A stretch of DNA of 64,000 nt. Origin: Macrostomum lignano (Eukaryota). The stretch lies in the NCBI GenBank assembly GCA_002269645.1, contig NIVC01000093.1, positions 682,001 through 746,000 on the forward strand. Direction: 5' to 3'. The notes under the pieces are model-generated. The model did no database searches, was not told where the DNA came from, and was given only the letters and a program-made list of their open reading frames with translations. A program made the translations under genes and the position numbers. This document shows, piece by piece, positions 1-13,335 of the stretch; the first letter of the stretch is position 1, and each line of letters starts with the position of its first letter.

Positions 1-99
1 CCGGATCTCCCGAGGCTGCGGCTCGCTGCACACGGACTGGAGAAGTTGCTTCACCTCTGTTCGTATTTGCATCCGCATGAGTTCAGACTTACGTATAAA
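1..99 (-). CDS. Probable coding exon of an unidentified gene, truncated at the window edge (FIRKSELMRMQIRTEVKQLLQSVCSEPQPREIR)
   Basis: Open frame from a minus-strand acceptor (aacag|ttt, AG at 101-100) to base 1; GC-rich codon-like composition; same strand as the neighbouring genes. Confidence 0.45.
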
Positions 100-471
100 C
101 TGTTCTTGTGTATAGGCCTTGCTATGGCCTATGATATAGGCCTAGGCCTTGTGACTAACTGACTAACTGGCTTACTAACTAACTGTCCCTGACTGACCTA
201 CGGGTATAGGAAGCAACGAGTTCTGCCGAAGCAAAAATTCCATTCTTTTAATTCAAAATCCATTCTATAGGACAGCAACATGTAAAACTTTATTGTACCA
301 CTTGACTTCCAATCCAAGCTGAGCAGGTCAAATTTTTTTTGCCAGCCATGCAAAATTCACGCTCTACATTCGCTGCTTTCTACATGTCACTTGACAGTAG
401 ACAAACTAACCAATATCGCCATTAGAATCGCAACAAAGCGGCGTTACTATTGCTTTGACACGGCTGTACGA

Positions 472-600
472 GGCTGGCCCAGCAATTGAGGATCTGGGAG
501 GCTGGCCCAGCAATTAAGGATCTGGGAGGCTGGCCCAGCAACTGAGGATCTTGGAGGCTGGCCTAGCAACTGAGGATCTGGGAGACTGGCCCAGCAACTG
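472..600. repeat. 28-bp tandem repeat x4.6 (ggctggcccagcaattgaggatctggga)
   Basis: Direct inspection. Confidence 0.9.
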
Positions 601-1283
601 GAGATGGCGGCGATTCGATCAAAAATTAAATAAATCAGTCGCAGAAACTCAGAAATAGTGAAAAAGAAAAACAACAAATTACTTTCGTTGCGGAAAACTT
701 TCTAAAAGACGGCATCAAATAAATGCGGATACTGATAAACACAGCACCGTGCTGATTACTAGCAGTAGTATTACTAGCAGGGTATACTTGCAATTCCAAT
801 TGGAGACAAAGTCCTAGAACAGCATTCGATTGAAAAGGTCAGTCGTGGCAAATTAGTATCGTATCGGTCTCTTGTGTAGAAGAACTGGGGTTCGATTCTG
901 GTGGGTTAAAAATATTTGATTGGCCAGGTGCAGATGGCAGTGCAGAGTCTTAGACAAAAATGAATTTATATTTACGAGACTGGAAACTGATTTTCACATA
1001 TCGGAACTCCGATATGGATAGATAAATAGATAACGAGGTACTACTTGCAGAAAAGTTATTTTCACAACATATCGGCAGTTGGATACGGATAGATAAATAG
1101 ATCTAGGGACACTACTTGCAGACAAATTTATTGACGCAACATATCGGTAAGTTGATAAAATCCTAAAGAAAAGCTCGGAAACAACTCCATTAGAATGAAG
1201 AAAACTCTAAAAAAACGCTTCGATATTGCCTCTGAGGTCCCAGGTTCGATTCTGGGGCTCAGAAAATTAATAAGGCATCAACT

Positions 1284-4069
1284 TCAATCAAGCGGTCCGG
1301 CAGCATCTGACAGCTCAGCCTCGTACCGGTAGATCGGCACCCCTGGCAGGATGATCGACGTAAATTGGTCGGTCCTGATGAAGCCCAGCCTCTCGTAGAT
1401 GTCGACGGCGTATTGCTGCAGCTGCGTGGTGCCCAGCTGCATCCGCCGGTAGCCCCGGTTGGCGCACAGTCGCATGAGGCGCCGGCAGACGGCGTCGCCA
1501 ACTCCGTGGCCCCGGTAGGCGGGCAGGACGCCGAGGCGCTGCAACTCGCAGGTGTCGCCGTCCAGGTGCAAACTGGCAACTGTGCCGACAAGGGGAGGCT
1601 GCTGCTGGCCGGCTTCGGCTGCATTGGGGTGAATTTGGTGCCATTCTTCAGGGATTTTCAGTTTTTTTATTGAAATCGTCAAGGGCTTATAGCGATTTTA
1701 AGGTGAAGTGACTCGAGGAGACTCTAAAACGACGAGATTTCACAGTAGTAAGTCGCCAAAAAGTTTTCAAAGAGTCAATTTGCGGCGTTTTGATTGTCTG
1801 CGACTCTGAAATCACTCTGGGGCCGTAGAGTCGCATTTGAGGCGTTTTAACTTTTGATTGTCTGCGACTCTGAAATCACTCTGGGGCCGTAGAGTCGCAT
1901 TTGAGGCGTTTTAACTTTTGATTGTCTGCGACTCTGAAATCACTCTGGGGCCGTAGAGTCGCATTTGAGGCGTTTTAACTTTTGATTGTCTGCGACTCTG
2001 AAATCACTCTGGGGCCGTAGAGTCGCATTTGAGGCGTTTTAACTTTTGATTGTCTGCGACTCTGAAATCACTCTGGGGCCGTAGAGTCGCATTTGAGGCG
2101 TTTTAACTTTTGATTGTCTGCGACTCTGAAATCACTCTGGGGCCGTAGAGTCGCATTTGAGGCGTTTTGATTGTCTGCGACTCTGAAATCACTCTGGGGC
2201 CGTAGAGTCGCATTTGAGGCATTTTGATTGTCTGCGACTCTGAAATCACTCTGGGACCGTAGAGTCGCATTTGAGGCATTTTGATTGTCTGCGACTCTGA
2301 AATCACTCTGGGGCCGTAGAGTCGCCTCTGAGGCGTGCCAGAGTCGCTGAAGAATCACTGAGTTGCGTCTAAATTTAATGAATTATAATCGCATTTTGCA
2401 TTCATAATAACTCTATTTAGTCTACTCGAGTTAATAGAACGTAAGCGCTAACACAAGTACCTCTTGGACGATTCTACAACTCATGTGATGCACTCCTGAC
2501 TATAACAGTCACCTTTCCGGCACACTACAGTCGTTAAAAATTCAAAAAAGTCACCCAAGAGACACTATAGTGAGATATGTGCAATAATTCTTCTTTAGCG
2601 ATTCGGCGCTCACCAGAGTCCAGAAAGACTCCATACAATCGATTTGGGCCTTCGCCGCACCAGAATTCCGGGAACCTGGCATAGTCAGGCAGCTGCCGTG
2701 TGCTGATCAACCAGAGCAGCAGGCGAAGGCTGTGCAGCAGCGCTGTTGGCGCCAGCGCGCCGGCAAGGAGCCAGGCAACGGGCCGGCGCCACCGCCAAGC
2801 GGCCAGGGCGGCGAGGGTGGCGCAGGCGGTTCGAGTCTGCATGCGCGCGCGAATGAACATGTAACTATATATTGAACTTCTGGACCTCAATTATACAAAA
2901 CTGCTAATCGATAATGTACATCTAGCAGCACTAAATCGATAATGTACATCTAGCAGCACTACTCGATAATGTACACTGCTAACACTAATCGATAATGTAC
3001 ATCTAGCAGCACTAAATCGATAATGTACATCTAGCAGCACTACTCGATAATGTACACTGCTAACACTAATCGATAATATACATCTAGCAGCACTAATCGA
3101 TAATGTACATCTGCTAACACTAATCGATAATGTACATCTAGCAGCATTAATCGATAATGTTCATCTAGCAGCACTAATCGATAATGTACATCTGCTAACA
3201 CTAATCGATAATGTATTGTACATCTGCTAACACTAATCGATAACGTACATCTGCTAACACTAATCGATAATGTACATCTGGCAGCACTACTCGATAATGT
3301 ACATATAGCAGCGCTAATCGATAATGTACATCTGCTAACACTAATCGATAATGTACATCTAGCAGCACTTATCGATAATGTACATCTGCTAACACTAATC
3401 GATAATGTACATCTAGCAGCACTTATCGATAATGTACATCTGCTAACACTAATCGATAATGTACATCTGGCAGCACTACTCGATAATGTACATATAGCAG
3501 CACTAATCGATAATGTACATCTGCTAACACTAATCGATAATGTACATCTAGCAGCACTTATCGATAATGTACATCTGCTAACACTAATCGATAATGTACA
3601 TCTAGCAGCACTTATCGATAATGTACATCTAGCAGCACTAATCGATAATGTACATCTGCTAACACTAATCGATAATGTACATCTAGCAGCACTAATCGAT
3701 AATGTACATCTGCTAACACTAATCGATAATGTACATCTGCTAACACTAATCGATAATGTACATCTAGCAGCACTAATCGATAATGTACATCTGCTAACAC
3801 TAATCGATAATGTACATCTAGCAGCACTAATCGATAATGTACATCAGCTAGCACTAATCGATATACCAGACTACAATGAGCTCCGGCTACAAAAATATTC
3901 TTACCTGCCAACAGGTGGCAATAATCTCCGCCAACCGTCTATTAGTCCAAGAATACGGCATTAAAGCGACCCAAAAATACTCTTCAGCTTCCTTGGCCGT
4001 AAGCAGACGCATTCTCAGTTTGAGACCGGTCCGACACACTAGCTGCTCTTCCTTAGCCTGGTCTTCCAT
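1284..4069 (-). CDS. NAT8/Camello-like membrane-associated GNAT N-acetyltransferase, 3 exons (4069-3905, 2836-2614, 1645-1284), 249 aa
   Basis: GT-AG introns with matching phases (0,1). Hydrophobic segment in exon 2. GNAT motif A in exon 3 ([20 protein letters not shown]) and motif B ([13 protein letters not shown]). Confidence 0.88.
1771..2335. repeat. Intronic minisatellite: 64-bp units then 57-bp units, each with an internal 9-bp inverted repeat (tgcgactct...agagtcgca)
   Basis: Periodicity measured from recurring cgactctg positions (1801,1865,1929... then 2121,2178,2235). Confidence 0.92.
2905..3862. repeat. Intronic 27-bp minisatellite with two alternating variants (ctaatcgataatgtacatctagcagca / ...ctgctaaca)
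   Basis: Direct inspection; explains the repetitive [12 protein letters not shown]. Confidence 0.93.
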
Positions 4070-4304
4070 GCTGCCCGATATTAGTTGCTGCAGGCACGAA
4101 TTGGAGAGAAAGAGAACAGTGAGTAGCAGGCTGAGGGCAAACTTATATCTGAGATATATTAGAACGCAACCTATGCCCCCGCGGAAATCTGTTATATGCA
4201 GCCTGTTATAGGCTACCAGTTCCAAGCTTACACGCGCAGGTTGGCAAAATTTATAAAAAGCTGTGCTAAACTGTTTTTGAGACACCTGAATCGCCTGATA
4301 CGGT

Positions 4305-4710
<406 letters not shown>

Positions 4711-5003
4711 GGGCAGATACTTAAAGCTGGGATATAGATACATATTGCTACGGAAATAAAAAAGGAAGACCAATTATGTAATAAATAACGTTATCCAGAG
4801 TGTAGCTAAATAATATATTTACTGATAAAATTTAAACGTATCATAATTTACTATTAGTACTCGTAGTATCTACTAAAGTAAACGTGCACACTGGAATGAA
4901 TTATTGGAAAAGTATCAGAAAAAAGAATAAAGAATTTAGTTATAAAAATCACTGAGTGATAGAGATCAGTCGGCCTCCAGTCAAGTTCCCAGCTTCAACG
5001 TGT

Positions 5004-8000
5004 TTAAGAATAATTTTCGAGATTGGGGTACAGGCGGAACGCTTTCCTATACAGCTTCACCGCCTCATCCGCTTGACCTCGGCTTTCCAGCCTCTCCGCC
5101 TCCTGTTGCAGACGCAGCGCCTCGCGAAATTTCTCATCAGACTGTGGTGCGGCGGTGATGCGCCTGTGAAATGCATTTTTTAATTTATTGAATTGTTTAT
5201 TTATTGTGTCCTCACTATTTTCTAGTGTAGTTGCATGTTACACGATGCATCTATGATGTACATGACGCATCTAATTATGTACATGATGCAATAGTGGTGT
5301 ACATGATGCATCAATGATGCACATGATGCACTATGATGTACATGATGCATCTACTATGTACATAAAGCATCTAATTATGTACATGATGCATCAATGATGT
5401 ACATGATGCATCTACTATGTACATGACGCATCTAATTATGTACATGATGTACATTATTACCTGTACATGATGTCGCTGCGCAGGATGTACTTCACTCCGG
5501 CTGCCAGCCGCTCGCCCTCATGCAGACGATAGTGGTTGAACACCAGCAGGGAACCGCGCTCCGGATGCACCTGGCAGATGATCTGGGATTGAGGTGCTGA
5601 CATTCGCTGCCGTTCCGTACCGTCCGATTCGGTGGCCGACTCTGTTGTTGAAATCAGCGACGACATGGACAGGCCGTCGTCAAGAAAATTTGTGGCGCCA
5701 CCGTCGCTAGCAGGATTGTCGGTGAGGTACACCATGAAGGTCTGCATCGATCTGCGATATAAAGATGACCTTAGACAATGTCAGGTGTTCTCAAAATTCA
5801 GACGACCTCAGATAACATGTAATGTCAAATGACCTCAGATAATGTCAAATGATTTCAGATAATGTCAAAAAGTCTCAGATAATGTCAAAAAGTCTCAGAT
5901 AATGTCAAATAGTGTCAGATAATGTCAAATAGTGTGTCAGATAATGTCAAATTATTTCAGATAATGTCAAAAATTCTCAGATAATGTCAAATGACCTCAG
6001 ATAATGTCAAATGACCTCAGATAATGTCAAATGACCTCAGATAATGTCAAATGATTTCAGATAATGTCAAATGATTTCAGATAATGTCAAATGATTTCAG
6101 ATAATGTCAAATGATTTCAGATAATGTCAAAAAGTCTCGGATAATGTCAAAAAGTCTCAGATAATGTCAAAAAGTCTCGGATAGTGTCAAAAAGTCTCAG
6201 ATAATGTCAAATAGTGTCAGATAATGTCAAATGACCTCAGATAATGTCAAACAGTCTTATATAACGTCACATACCTCAAAAGGTCAGGTGACCTCATATA
6301 ATGTCAGGCTAGGACAGTGTTAACTAAGGTCATGCAAGGTCAAACAGCGCACCTGCAGGCGTCATCGTGCACCAGCAGCCCGTCGTAGTGCGGCGAGAAA
6401 TGCTGCCCAGGATGGTAGCGACACAGCCGAAGCACCGGGTTCAAACAGTAGGGCTCCCAGTTGCCCTTCAGCAGCCAGGGTGCGCCGTGGACTCGATGAC
6501 TTGTTATTGGATCGTCCTGACCATTAAAGGTCAGCTTGTCAGGCAGATACGGCCTCAGCCGGAGGAACATTTGCCTAGCCAGCTCGGGCTCGTGCAGAAC
6601 TAGTCGATGACAGCTGCGGTACTCCTGACGGAAGAACGGAGTGGGCTTGAGACCACCGGAAGCTTCGGCGCTGTCCACGAGACGCTGGCATTCGCCTATA
6701 GATGAGGACGGCGAGATTAAACAGTCTTATTGATAAAAAAGTTTGCAACTTTCGACGGCAAAGTACATTTGAAACTTCGAGCGGCACATTAATCTTGAAA
6801 GTACAGGTGGAACTTCTGGTGGCACTTTAATCATAAAAGTACATTTGAAACTTCGGACGGCACAATAATTTAAAAAGTACATTAGGAACTTCGGTGGCTC
6901 CTTAATCTTAAAAGTACATTTGGAACTTCGACGGCACTTTGATACTGGAGCAGGCAAAAAGTTCTCGGACTTTAGATTTTTTAGCATATACAGTTAATTA
7001 AATTACGTTTTTTGACTCTAGGGAGGGTGAGTGATTTTAGCAATATTCTGACACAAATATTTTGACTTTTGGCGTCGAATCGTTACCGCTGACAAAACCT
7101 GGTTACCACACTAAAACCCTGAAAACCAAGCAGCAGTTCAAAGTTTAGGTGGCCCCTGGAGAGCCCTTCCCAACCAAGGCCAGGACAGTACCAGCTGTCA
7201 CCAAAACGATGGTAACAGTTTTCTGGGACTGCGAAGGAGTCATATTCATTGACTACCCGGAGAAGGGCCAGATTGTTAACTCCAAGTGGTACATTGCATC
7301 CTTGGTTGGTTTTCAGTCGCAGCTGGTCAAATGCTGACCTGGGAGGCTGCATGCTGGCATTCTCCTGCAGCATGACAATCAATGCACGGCCGCACACATC
7401 CCGAGCCACACTGGCAGAAATACGCAGAAAAAACTGGAGTATTTGCCACATCCACCATACAGCCCTGATCTGGCACCTGGCGATTACCACCTCTTCAGTC
7501 CGATGAAGGATGCCCTCCGTGATTGGCGTTACAGCAGTGAAAAGGAGCTCAGGCGTGACCTTGAGAAATGGTTTGGAGGTCAACCCAAAGAGTGGTTCGC
7601 CGCTGGGATCAAGAAGTTGCCAGAGCGATGGGATCGCTGCATTAATGCTGATGGAGATTACTTTAAAAAAACTCTAAAATTTAAACTGAGCAGACTTACC
7701 CTTCTGGTTTTATGAACCAAAGTCCGATAACTTTTTGACTGCCCCTCGTACCGTACGTTTAGAACTTCGGCGGAAATTTGATTTTAAAAGTACGTTTAGA
7801 ACTTCGGCGGAAATTTGATTTTAAAAGTACGTTTAGAACTTCGGCGGAAATTTGATTTTACAAGTACGTTTAGAACTTCGGCGGAAATTTGATTTTAAAA
7901 GTACGTTTAGAACTTCGGCGGAAATTTGATTTTACAAGTACGTTTAGAACTTCGGCGGAAAATTTATTTTACAAGTAGATTTGAAACTTCGACGGCACTT

Positions 8001-8396
8001 TGATATTAAAAGTACATTTAGAATTTTGGCGGAAATTTGATTTTAAAAGTACTTTTGGAACTTTGTGCACAGTTGTAGAACTATAACATCACATTAAATT
8101 ATGATTTTGCGGCGCTTTAATAGGAAGTTTTTTGCCTTACCTGGGCTGAGAAAGCCGCGCAAAACGAAGCCTTGATTGCCAAAATCGCTAATTGGCACGC
8201 GGCAGATACCGGCGGCTTCAACAGACTCGTCTGGGTCGAGCTCAACGCCTAGAGATTGTACATCACCGACCTCCGCAGCGGAGACTTCGCTGCGGAATTG
8301 ATCGTACAGGGCCTGATAGATCGTCAAATCTTCCTCCTGATGTTGTTGTTGTTGCTGCAACTGCTGCTGCTCTTCTTGCGACGACGATTGCTGCAT
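5004..8396 (-). CDS. 2OG-Fe(II) dioxygenase of prolyl-4-hydroxylase-like type with a C-terminal TPR-like helix, 4 exons (8396-8141, 6695-6353, 5751-5461, 5163-5004), 349 aa
   Basis: Phase-consistent GT-AG junctions (1,2,2). Motifs FVLRGFLSPGECQRLV, RLCRYHPGQHFSPHYDG (HxD), TFMVYL, GGATNF, LLVFNHYRLHEG (distal His), KYILRSDIMY; tail EAVKLYRKAFRLYP. Confidence 0.9.
5225..5455. repeat. Intronic ~18-21-bp degenerate tandem repeat (atgtacatgatgcatct...)
   Basis: Direct inspection. Confidence 0.8.
5805..6255. repeat. Intronic 20-bp minisatellite (cagataatgtcaaatgacct)
   Basis: Direct inspection. Confidence 0.92.
6760..8065. repeat. 37-38-bp intronic repeat (aaagtacgtttagaacttcggcggaaatttgatttt) in two blocks flanking a mariner fragment (6760-6950; 7752-8065)
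   Basis: Direct inspection. Confidence 0.8.
7060..7750 (+). mobile_element. 5'-truncated mariner (D,D34D) transposon remnant with right TIR and TA
   Basis: Frameshifted transposase motifs WRRIVTADKTW, MVTVFWDCEGVI, HDNARPH-like, PPYSPDLAPGDYHLF, LPERWDRCINADGDYF; end ...ttttgactgcccctcg|ta. Confidence 0.9.
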
Positions 8397-8842
8397 TGTT
8401 GATGCTGAATACAAACAATTAGAAGATTGAAAAGATGAAAACGACACTTCGCTCTGGCATTTGCGTTACTACATTTATATACGTTGTATGAGCATGCTAG
8501 CGTGAATGCGATGCTAAAATTAGCAAATTGCGACACGTTGCACGCAATTCGTGTTTTAACTCTTGGTGCAATACTTATTGCTGAACGCTCATGAAAATAG
8601 CTAATGTTAGAAGTACACTACTTACAATTGGCTAGTGAGTAGAAAGTATGACGTTTTAAGCTAAATTCATCGAAAATTTGTTTATGAAAAGAGTAAGGCA
8701 ATAAAACAATAGTCAGAACATTTTTCTTCTCTTCCGGTTATTAAAATGCAGCAAATTATTGGAAGAAGGCAGTTAGCCGACTAAACACGTTTATGATTGT
8801 TTTCAATCACATTTCTGTACAGCAGGTAAAAGAGGTTTAAGG

Positions 8843-9885
8843 TCAAACATTTGCCTCCTCATTTTCATCTCCGATTGCTTTTTCGTCAGCAGCGGTAGCA
8901 GCGGCCTGCTCGCGTTCCAGTCGACGTTGGCGCGCTTTGTCGTGCGCTGCGCGCCACATTCCGGCTTTGACGAAGCGCTTAGCGGCGTCGACATCGATAC
9001 GCGGCTGGCGTGCTTTGTCGGCCTCAGCTTGGACTCGACGCATCGGTCCGACAACTCGGTCAAGCTCGGAGCGAACGCTGTGCTTGCTAGGGTCCTGGCC
9101 CTGGCGTAGGTGGAATCCAACAATTACCCCTTTTTAGCTATAATTTCAAATCAATTAAAATGCTTACTACGAAACATAAAGCTACTTAAAAACATATAGA
9201 TACATATCGGCTACTTTTATTACAAATTTCGATACATATCGGCTACTTCTAATAAACAAATTGATATATATCAGCTACATTAAATAAACATATCGATACA
9301 TATCGGCCACTTTAAATAAACATCGATAAATATCAGCTAATGCTGGCATTTATTTTACAGCTGGTTGAACTGAAGCAATGCAATGTTAAGTGTCTTGCTT
9401 AAAGACACAAATTGTTTCAGTGGGATCGGGATTCGAACCCTCGACCTTTCAGTCGTGAGTCGGACGCTCTAACCACTAGGCTACCTATTTGTTACTTGTA
9501 AAGAACAAAGATTCTATCCAGATGTCCCCCATCGGGGGGCGAAGATTGCTAGTCGGCTGCTAAAAATCTTGATACATATCGGCAACTTTCAATAAACATG
9601 TCGATACATATCGGCACTCAATCTCACCTGGCAGCGCAGATAGACCCAGTAGAGAGCATTCATGCCGTAGAGAAAGGTGAGATCGAACTTCGCCTTTTCC
9701 AACGGCGTCATATCGGCCGTGCGCTCCTCGTACGGCTGTCGCATCACGGCGTCGAATGCCGACTCGACCTCGTCGACGGAGCCGACAAGGCGCAGCAGAT
9801 TCGCCCGGATCTCATCGGGAATATCATCTAGCTGGCTGCCACCGACACCGCCGCTGTCCGCTTCGAGATCGTCATCGACTTCCAT
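8843..9885 (-). CDS. C1D: C1D/Rrp47 exosome cofactor (Sas10/Utp3/C1D family), 2 exons (9885-9628, 9100-8843), 171 aa
   Basis: Phase-0 intron. PLEKAKFDLTFLYGMNALYWVYLRCQGQDPSKHSVRSELDRV...IDVDAAKRFVKAGMW parallels human C1D ([42 protein letters not shown]...AASRFVKNALW). Confidence 0.92.
9334..9485 (-). mobile_element. tRNA-derived SINE copy 1 (head plus central body)
   Basis: A box (tagcctagtggttag), B box (ggttcgaatcc), then gtgtctttaagcaagacacttaac body shared with the copy at 26478. Confidence 0.8.
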
Positions 9886-9999
9886 TGGCGATGTAGCTGT
9901 TATGAAGCTGACATGAAATATGAGGGACCATTTGATGTACCTTGCTTCAACTATTGCAGACCAACGGTGACTAGTGAAGAGTGGAAACTGGTTAAGAGT

Positions 10000-10810
10000 G
10001 AACGGGGAAGAGTGAAGGGTGAATGGGGGGAGAGTAAATTGTGAATGGGGGAGAATGAATGGTGAATGGGGGGAGTCAATGGTGAATGGGAGAGAGTAAA
10101 TTGTGAATGGGGGAAAATGAATAGTGAATGGGGAAGGGCTAAGGGTGAACAAGGAAGAGTGAAGGGTGAACAGAGGAGAGTGAATGGTGAATAGAGGAGA
10201 GTGAAGGGTGAATGGGGGAGAGTGAGGGGTAAATGGGAAAGAGTTAAGATTGAATGAGAAAGAGTGAGGGGTGAATGGGAAAGAGTGAAGGGTGAATGGG
10301 AAAGAGTGAAGATTGAATGAGATAGAGTGAAGGGTGAATGGAGGAGAGTGAAGGGTGAATGGAGGAGAGTGAAGGGTGAATGGGGGAGTGAAGATTGAAT
10401 GAGAAAGAGTGAGGGGTGAATGGGAAAGAGTGAGGGGTGAATGGGAAAGAGTGAAGATGGAATGAGAAAGAGTGAAGGGTGAATGGGAAAGAGTGAAGAT
10501 TGAATGAGAAAGAGTGAAGGGTGAATGGGAAAGAGTGAAGAGTGAATGAGATAGAGTGAAGGGTGAATGGAGGAGAGTGAAGGGTGAATGGGGGAGTGAA
10601 GATTGAATGAGAAAGAGTGAGGGGTGAATGGGAAAGAGTGAGGGGTGAATGGGAAAGAGTGAAGATTGAATGAGAAAGAGTGAAGGGTGAATGGGAAAGA
10701 GTGAAGATTGAATGAGATAGAGTGAAGGGTGAATGGAGGAGAGTGAAGGGTGAATGGGGGAGAGTGAAGGGTGAATGGGGGAGAGTGAAGGGTGAATGAG
10801 AAAGAGTGAA
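10000..10810. repeat. Purine-rich ~21-bp minisatellite (gagtgaagggtgaatgg...) between UTP23 and C1D
   Basis: Direct inspection. Confidence 0.9.
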
Positions 10811-11009
10811 AAAAGCAGCATCCAAAAAACTACGATAATTGTCTAAATGGGTTTTAAAAAATCAACGAATTTTTTAAAAATTAACGCAAGGCAAGACTAG
10901 ATTTTACAATCTAAATTGCAATTAAAAATACAACTGATCGAATATATTTCGTATACTCAGAGACAGCAGAGACCAGTAGATATGTAAAAAATGCAAATTC
11001 AAAATATTC

Positions 11010-12601
11010 CTACACCAGAAACTGCTGCTGCAACTGTTCGACAATAAACTGCCTCACGTGCCACGGTCGTCGACTCCAGCCGGCACGTCGGCCGCGTTTA
11101 CGACGCCGACAAATAGTCGACGACAAATCGACATTATTGTCAATGTTGCAGTGGACTTCATCGGATTTCTGTTGTTGTTGTTCTGTTTGTCTTTTTCTCT
11201 TCTTCTTCAAGCAGGACAGCGGGTTGGCGCCTCGTTGACGCCGTCGACGGCGTTTCAGGACGGAAGCGTCGACTGTGGCAGCAGCGGCGACGGCGGCAGC
11301 TTCGTCAGCTTCGGCGCGTAGGCCGCGTAGTCGACGTTCAGCAAGTAGTCGGCGAGTGTCGGCCGGCAGGCCGGTGAGCAGAGGCTGGCCGTGCTCAAGC
11401 AGCAGACAGGGCATGCCGGTCAATTCGTGAGCCAGTGAACGAAGCCGCTCGGAGTTCGACGCTAGCAATGGCCGCCAGTTCGGGTCGGAAGCCGAAACGC
11501 TGGAAGCTTCATCGACAGTCGGTTCCGTTGCTACTGGTCGCAGGGCTTTGGTTAGGCATCGAACAGCAGTGGTTGCCCGTTTATGATGACAGGGATGCAG
11601 TTCTAGACAGGACAGCACCTGGCATAGAGACGGGTTTTTTGGGGTGGCTGGCTGTCAATAACAGAGTTCAGACTGTCTACTCCATACAGAAGGCGGGACA
11701 GAAAAAGGTGAAATGCTGGCAGCTAGAATGACAGCAACAGTGTTACAGTGACAGAAAAATGTTACGCAATTACAGACGAAATGACAGCTACAGGTTAGTG
11801 TTACAGACACACTAACAGACACAGGCTAGTGTTACAGACACAATTGACAGCTACAGGTTACAGTGTTACAGACACACTGACAGATACAGGCTAGTGTTAC
11901 AGACACACTGAAAGACACAGGCTAGTGTTACAGACACACTGACAGCTACAGGCTAGTGTTACAGACACACTGACAGATACAGGCTAGTGTTACAGACACA
12001 ATTGACAGCTACAGGTTACAGTGTTACAGACACACTGACAGATACAGGCTAGTGTTACAGACACACTGAAAGACACAGGCTAGTGTTACAGACACAATTG
12101 ACAGCTACAGGTTACAGTGTTACAGACACACTGACAGATACAGGCTAGTGTTACAGACACACTGAAAGACACAGGCTAGTGTTACAGACACAATGACAGC
12201 TACAGGCTAGTGTTACAGGCACAGTGACAGATACAGGCTACAGTACAGACAACATGACAGCTACAGGCTACAGTATTACAGGCAGAATAAAAATAGGGGT
12301 AGACTACTAATAAAATTTATAGGAAAGCAGAGACAATTCAGAAAAAGCAACGAACCTTAAGCGTCCCAGCCATCACTGGCCCCAACAGTTGGCACTCTTT
12401 AATGACGCATCGAGTTGTGCATAGGGCAAGATTCCGGCCATCCAACAGTCTGTGAAGCTGGTCGCTCATGTTCACCTTATGCCGCAGTGCCATCCTAGCG
12501 AAGCTGCTGTCAATCAGCACCGGTAGCGGATCAGCAAGGCCAAATGTCTCCGCGCAAGCGTCAAGAATACGACGATTACGTTTTAACTTTTTTGCGCGCA
12601 T
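11010..12601 (-). CDS. UTP23: UTP23 rRNA-processing PIN-like protein, 2 exons (12601-12356, 11618-11010), 284 aa
   Basis: FGLADPLPVLIDSSF, LCTTRCVIKECQLLG, CHH, C-terminal GANPLSCLKKKRK match UTP23 hallmarks; phase-0 GT-AG intron. Confidence 0.92.
11730..12285. repeat. Intronic ~32-bp minisatellite (gttacagacacactgacagatacaggctagt)
   Basis: Direct inspection. Confidence 0.9.
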
Positions 12602-12756
12602 TCTCTCAATTTATTGGCTTTGAAAGTTGCTGTAATGTAGATCAATATATCTAAAAACTACAAGTACTTGTTTCACTTCTGCTTGTTGTGTCATTTTTAA
12701 TACCTTAAATTAAGTAGAATATTTGACTAAGTTTGAGCCTCTTTTATGGAATAAGA

Positions 12757-12767
12757 GAGATAGAGAT

Positions 12768-12862
<95 letters not shown>

Positions 12863-13335
12863 AGGGGTGAGTGGACAGAAGGGAGAGAATAAGAGAGGGG
12901 AGAGGGGAAAGAAGAGAAGGGAGAGAATAAGAGAAGGGAGAGGGGAAAGAAGAGAAGGGAGAGAATAAGAGAAGGGAGAGGGGAAAGAAGAGAAGGGAGA
13001 GGGGAATGAAGAGAAGGGAGAGGGGAAAGAAGAGAAGGGAGAGAATAAGAGAAGGGAGAGAATAAGAGAAGGGAGAGGGGAAAGAAGAGAAGGGAGAGGG
13101 GAATGAAGAGAAGGGAGAGGGGAAAGAAGAGAAGGGAGAGAATAAGAGAAGGGAGAGAATAAGAGAAGGGAGAGGGGAAAGAAGAGAAGGGAGAGGGGAA
13201 AAAAGAGAAGGGAGAGAATAAGAGGAGGGAGAGGGGAATGAAGAAGAGGAGAGAGAAGAGAGGCGAGATGGAAGAGAGGGGAGAGAGGGGGAAAGAAGAA
13301 GAGAATAGAGAAGGGAGAGAAGAGAGAGAAGAGAA
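12757..13335. repeat. (GA)n microsatellite followed by a purine-rich tandem repeat
   Basis: Direct inspection. Confidence 0.93.

Noticed and set aside
860-1260. tRNA genes at the ggttcgattc B-box motifs (~890, ~1245)
   Set aside because: No cloverleaf; at most heavily decayed SINE heads.
9415-9485. tRNA-Val(CAC) gene (also 32095-32166)
   Set aside because: Acceptor and anticodon stems do not pair, and the sequence continues into SINE body.
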